64,000 nucleotides of DNA from Acanthaster planci. Its lineage: Eukaryota. The position numbers and the translations under genes were made by a program. This document shows, piece by piece, positions 60,479 to 64,000 of this stretch; within the stretch, counting starts at the first letter, position 1; the number at the start of each line of letters is the position of its first letter. Under the pieces are notes generated by a model. That model had not been told where the DNA came from and ran no database searches. It was given only the letters and a program-made list of their open reading frames with translations. The stretch spans positions 1,302,961 through 1,366,960 of the forward strand of contig NW_019091358.1 of NCBI RefSeq assembly GCF_001949145.1. The letters run 5' to 3'.

Positions 60479-63400
60479 CAGAAAGTCATTTGTGTGGGTG
60501 TAAGCGTCTAGTAAATGAAGTTATGTATTTTTAAAGAACTTTGAAAATGGAAAATCATGAAAATCACCCGGAAACCCGTCCCATGTATGCAATTTCCACC
60601 CAGCAGGAAGTAGTCAACATGCTCCAACTTCCCAGTTTTCTTGGACAATCCTTTAACTTAGTCACTAAATTTGTATGTACATGTATTCTTACAAATGGGT
60701 CATTAGGGAGACATTTTGTGGTAAATTTTTCGACCTTGGGGAGACATCGGTCATTAGGGAGACATCTCAGTGTCTCCCGAATGCCCCAGCTACCAGAAGG
60801 AGGCCGAAATTTACTGTTCAGATTTTGAGAGCTGATAGATTAGGGTCTAAATTGAAAACATGCAAAGTTTCAACAGATTAGGGAATATTTAATTATGGGA
60901 CAGTAAAGTTTGTGCACGTTCTTATGGGAATGTCTCCCAAGTGACCCATTTTACCTTTAACAAGTGGGTTATTGGTGTGATGTTTAACTGCCTTGTCATA
61001 TTCAAGGAGCTACAGCCCTGAATGTCAGGTTAAGTTTATGGATAGGCATACATACATTTAGTATGCTGCGTATTGCATATATGCTGCTGAAAGTATAGTT
61101 TCTGGCCAGGAAGCAACCATGTATGATGTGTATTACAAACCAACCATGTATGATGTGTATTACAAACCAATTTCAAGTGCAACTGAGACTTTTAACTGGT
61201 TTAGGATGAATATATGTATCGTTTGCATACAAATATCACGTTCATGTACATAAAGTTTAGTTTGTCTTAAAGTGTTTATCGCGTAAACCAATTATCGCGT
61301 TTATTTGTATAGGTGTATGAAGGTGAAACATTCAACAAAGAGTGATTTTGTTGTCCAGAAAGGGCTGTATTTTATTGACTATATTTGTTACATATGATTT
61401 ACATTATTATGTATATTTACATAGTAAGGTAACATTTATATAATATTGGAATTTGATGTCCGAAGTTGACCCTGCACATGCAAGGTCAAATATTTTTGAT
61501 AAATGCGTCTTCTGTGGTTTCCTCCTTCAACCTCTGTACCCTCGAGTACCCTTGTACAAAATATACACTGTTTGCAGCTGAGAATATGTTGGGGTGGAGT
61601 TTATCTCCAGTTGGCAGAGCCTAGTATCATGCTTTTGCTAGCCACAGAATTCCGTACTGACGATCAACATTCTATGCTTACAGCACTTGCAGAAATATTC
61701 TACGCTTAGTCAGTGCAGAACCCTTGGGGGTTTTCCCAAGTGCCTAAATCATATTTTCTTTGCTAACATGCGAAATGCATGTAAGCTCACCATCAACACA
61801 GAATTCTCTGCTATGATGGCAGAGATATTTCGCTTACTGTAAGCACAGCCATGCAGTTGGGCCCAGAATGTGAGAATGATATCTAGGCCGACAATAGACT
61901 AAAGATACCTTGTAGTGATGAGAGAAGTCACATTTGACCAGTTCCTCTGCCTTGTGGCTGACATAGCAGGCCGACTTTGATCGTCATGCACCATTATACA
62001 TGTTTACAGTGGGCTTGGGGGGTCAAGTCATTTTGTAAAAGTGGCATAATACATGTACTTGTACTTCCACCATTACTTGGAGTTTCCTGATTGCATCATG
62101 TCGTGATGTTCGGATCGTTTTTTATGACTGTCAAAATCTACTCTTCCCCTTTATCAGCTCCCCCTTCTCATTTTGCTTACCTTGAACTTTCTTAAAATGC
62201 AGTACTCCAGGAAAAAATGCACCGTAGTTTACACGCCTTGTCTAGTCTAGCGGCAAGCAGTCCACAAGTAGGTTTTCAGGTGCATAATTTAGTGCAAATG
62301 AAAAGAGCAAATGAATTTCTTAATGACCTTAGAACAGAAAAAGTTCCCATCAAACGATAGTGTTCAGAAATGCATTTCTTGCTCAACCGCTGCATAATTT
62401 GTACAGTAAAAATTAACAGAGTCAACTGTAGCTCATGAAAGTGGGACTCCTAAAATATGTTGTTGGTAAATATCGTAATGTAAGGGCAGAGGACTTGTAA
62501 GGATGTTTGTTGTGTAAATAGAAATACTTTCTTTATTAAAGGTGTATTTTTAGTGATTTAATTATCAATTTTGAAACAATATAATTTGCAGTCTTTCTTA
62601 TCCAGCGATCATGGATTTGTAAACTTTAACTGAAAACATCCATTGAGGTGATATTTTCTCTCGATGAGGATATTACAATGTATTGAAACCCCCAGTGTAT
62701 AAATAATGTACATGTAAGTACATGTATTTAAATACTTTGACGTCAAAGGAAAGAGTTTCAGCAGAGTGCGTGATGTAGAAATGTCTTGTAAAAAAAGAAT
62801 ACCATGTCAAAAACAAAAATTAAAGTGAGCAGTGCATCGACTGCTATGTCCTTCCCTTTCACAGCATGGCTTTGCATAGAATATATTTATGATCATTCTT
62901 ATAAAGTGGTCTTTCAGTGCTATGCAACGTCACACTTTCTGACCCCCCATTTTTCTACTCTAGACAGTTTTCGATCCAACGCTGACAGCAGTCTGCACAA
63001 TAATGCCTACACCCTAAGACTATGCTACCTACCAAGAAGTGCATTACAATATTTTCCTGGCTGGAATGTACATGTATGCTAGTTACATTAAGGATCTATC
63101 TCAAAAATATACAAATATTTACAGAAATATTACCAGACAATTATACATGTATTCACTTACATTTATGTACAGATGTACATTATGTCAGGAAAAGTGAACA
63201 TACTTGTCGTATGTGATATGGCTCACAAGATTTTTAAGATTGCAAACAAAGATTCTCATTTTATAAAAAAAGTGAAGTTTGGCAGAATGTGTACTTGAAT
63301 CAGTGAACGCATGCAGAACCTCTTTGTGAATTCAGCAATGCGAAGACTTGAGAATTTTAATTACCCCCAAATACTCACTTCCTTCCAATTCTAACCCAAG

Positions 63401-63682
63401 GGTATACAGTCATCTCTGTTGACCACAGTTAGAAGCCATAAACGGTGGCACCACACTTATGTGCTAGAGGTATACATGCATTGAATACCTCTTCCGCTCT
63501 AGGTCAGATGTGATCAGCGACCAGTGGTCCATTTTTCCCGGTAACCAAGGCACAAAAGATATCCTTGGTTCCAGGCAAAATCGACAAGTGGTTGACTATT
63601 AATGGTCGGTGATCGAGTTTGGCGCTGCGTGCGTGCACAGTGTTGAAACATGTCAATAATGCATGCCTACCTGAAGTTCAGC

Positions 63683-63980
63683 GCTAACCTCACATACCTA
63701 GTGTGGACTTGTGAACAAAAGATGGCCACACGATACTGGAAAGGAAGATGTTCTGTGGACTTACACATGTCCACAGGATGTTTCCCCTTCTCTGAAAAAG
63801 ACGTTTAGAGGCATTTTGGGGTTGGGGTCATCTGTCGTAAAAGGAAGAGGAATAGTCAAGGAAACCTTGTACCAAAAAAAGCTGGAAACCGTGTTCCCAG
63901 TTCAAGAAAATGAGTTTTTCGCTGAGTTTTCTTAACTGTAAGAAAAGAAAGGAATGTCCACACTAGATATTTAAGGTAAA
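63683..63980. mobile_element. MITE, same family as 55601-55893
   Basis: ctagtgtggac / gtccacactag termini and a colinear interior. Confidence 0.75.
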
Positions 63981-64000
63981 TGAACTGGCGTTTGTGGTGC

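Larger units (their letters stand above)
58711..60617. mobile_element. Diverged relative of the 55985-56769 element, split by a Harbinger insertion
   Basis: Colinear similarity on both sides of the insertion (tgtaacaaaaga.cgtact, acaaaagtgcttca, ttagagtag | taaatgaa..aagaa.tttgaaaa, gaagtagtcaa). Confidence 0.65.

Noticed and set aside
59683..60489. 268-aa minus-strand ORF
   Set aside because: Artefact of the N gap.
63379..63625. Possible minus-strand exon (cag acceptor, gtgagt donor)
   Set aside because: Stops in the frames I checked and no recognisable protein; cannot be supported without transcripts.

Overview
Eukaryotic (animal) genomic DNA with GT-AG introns, two assembly gaps and many short repeats. 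It looks like an invertebrate deuterostome, probably an echinoderm; that is inferred from sequence style and not proven. Six protein-coding genes can be reconstructed by hand: an intronless secreted C-type lectin (+, 4112-4609); KATNBL1 (+, 9 coding exons, 11071-20300); two tandem DHHC palmitoyltransferase paralogs with uninterrupted CDSs on the minus strand, ZDHHC22-like (23646-24512) and ZDHHC24-like (28384-29274); SYNJ2BP/OMP25 (+, 4 exons, 33963-42667); and UBAC2 (+, 9 exons, 47305-57914). The most unusual feature is the ZDHHC pair. The ZDHHC24-like copy has DRHC in place of DHHC (catalytic His replaced by Arg) but keeps both zinc sites. The ZDHHC22-like copy keeps DHHC but has lost one zinc site. 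Both appear to depend on a single non-coding first exon/promoter near 31.2-31.3 kb. Non-coding DNA holds a solo LTR with a 5-bp TSD just upstream of KATNBL1, tRNA-derived SINEs, many hairpin MITEs, TTAA-flanked piggyBac-like elements, a Harbinger-like element with a Myb/SANT remnant and a nested transposon stack in UBAC2. The palindrome TAGGCCTA appears confined to the neighbourhood of promoters, while TACATGTA is common in gene bodies.
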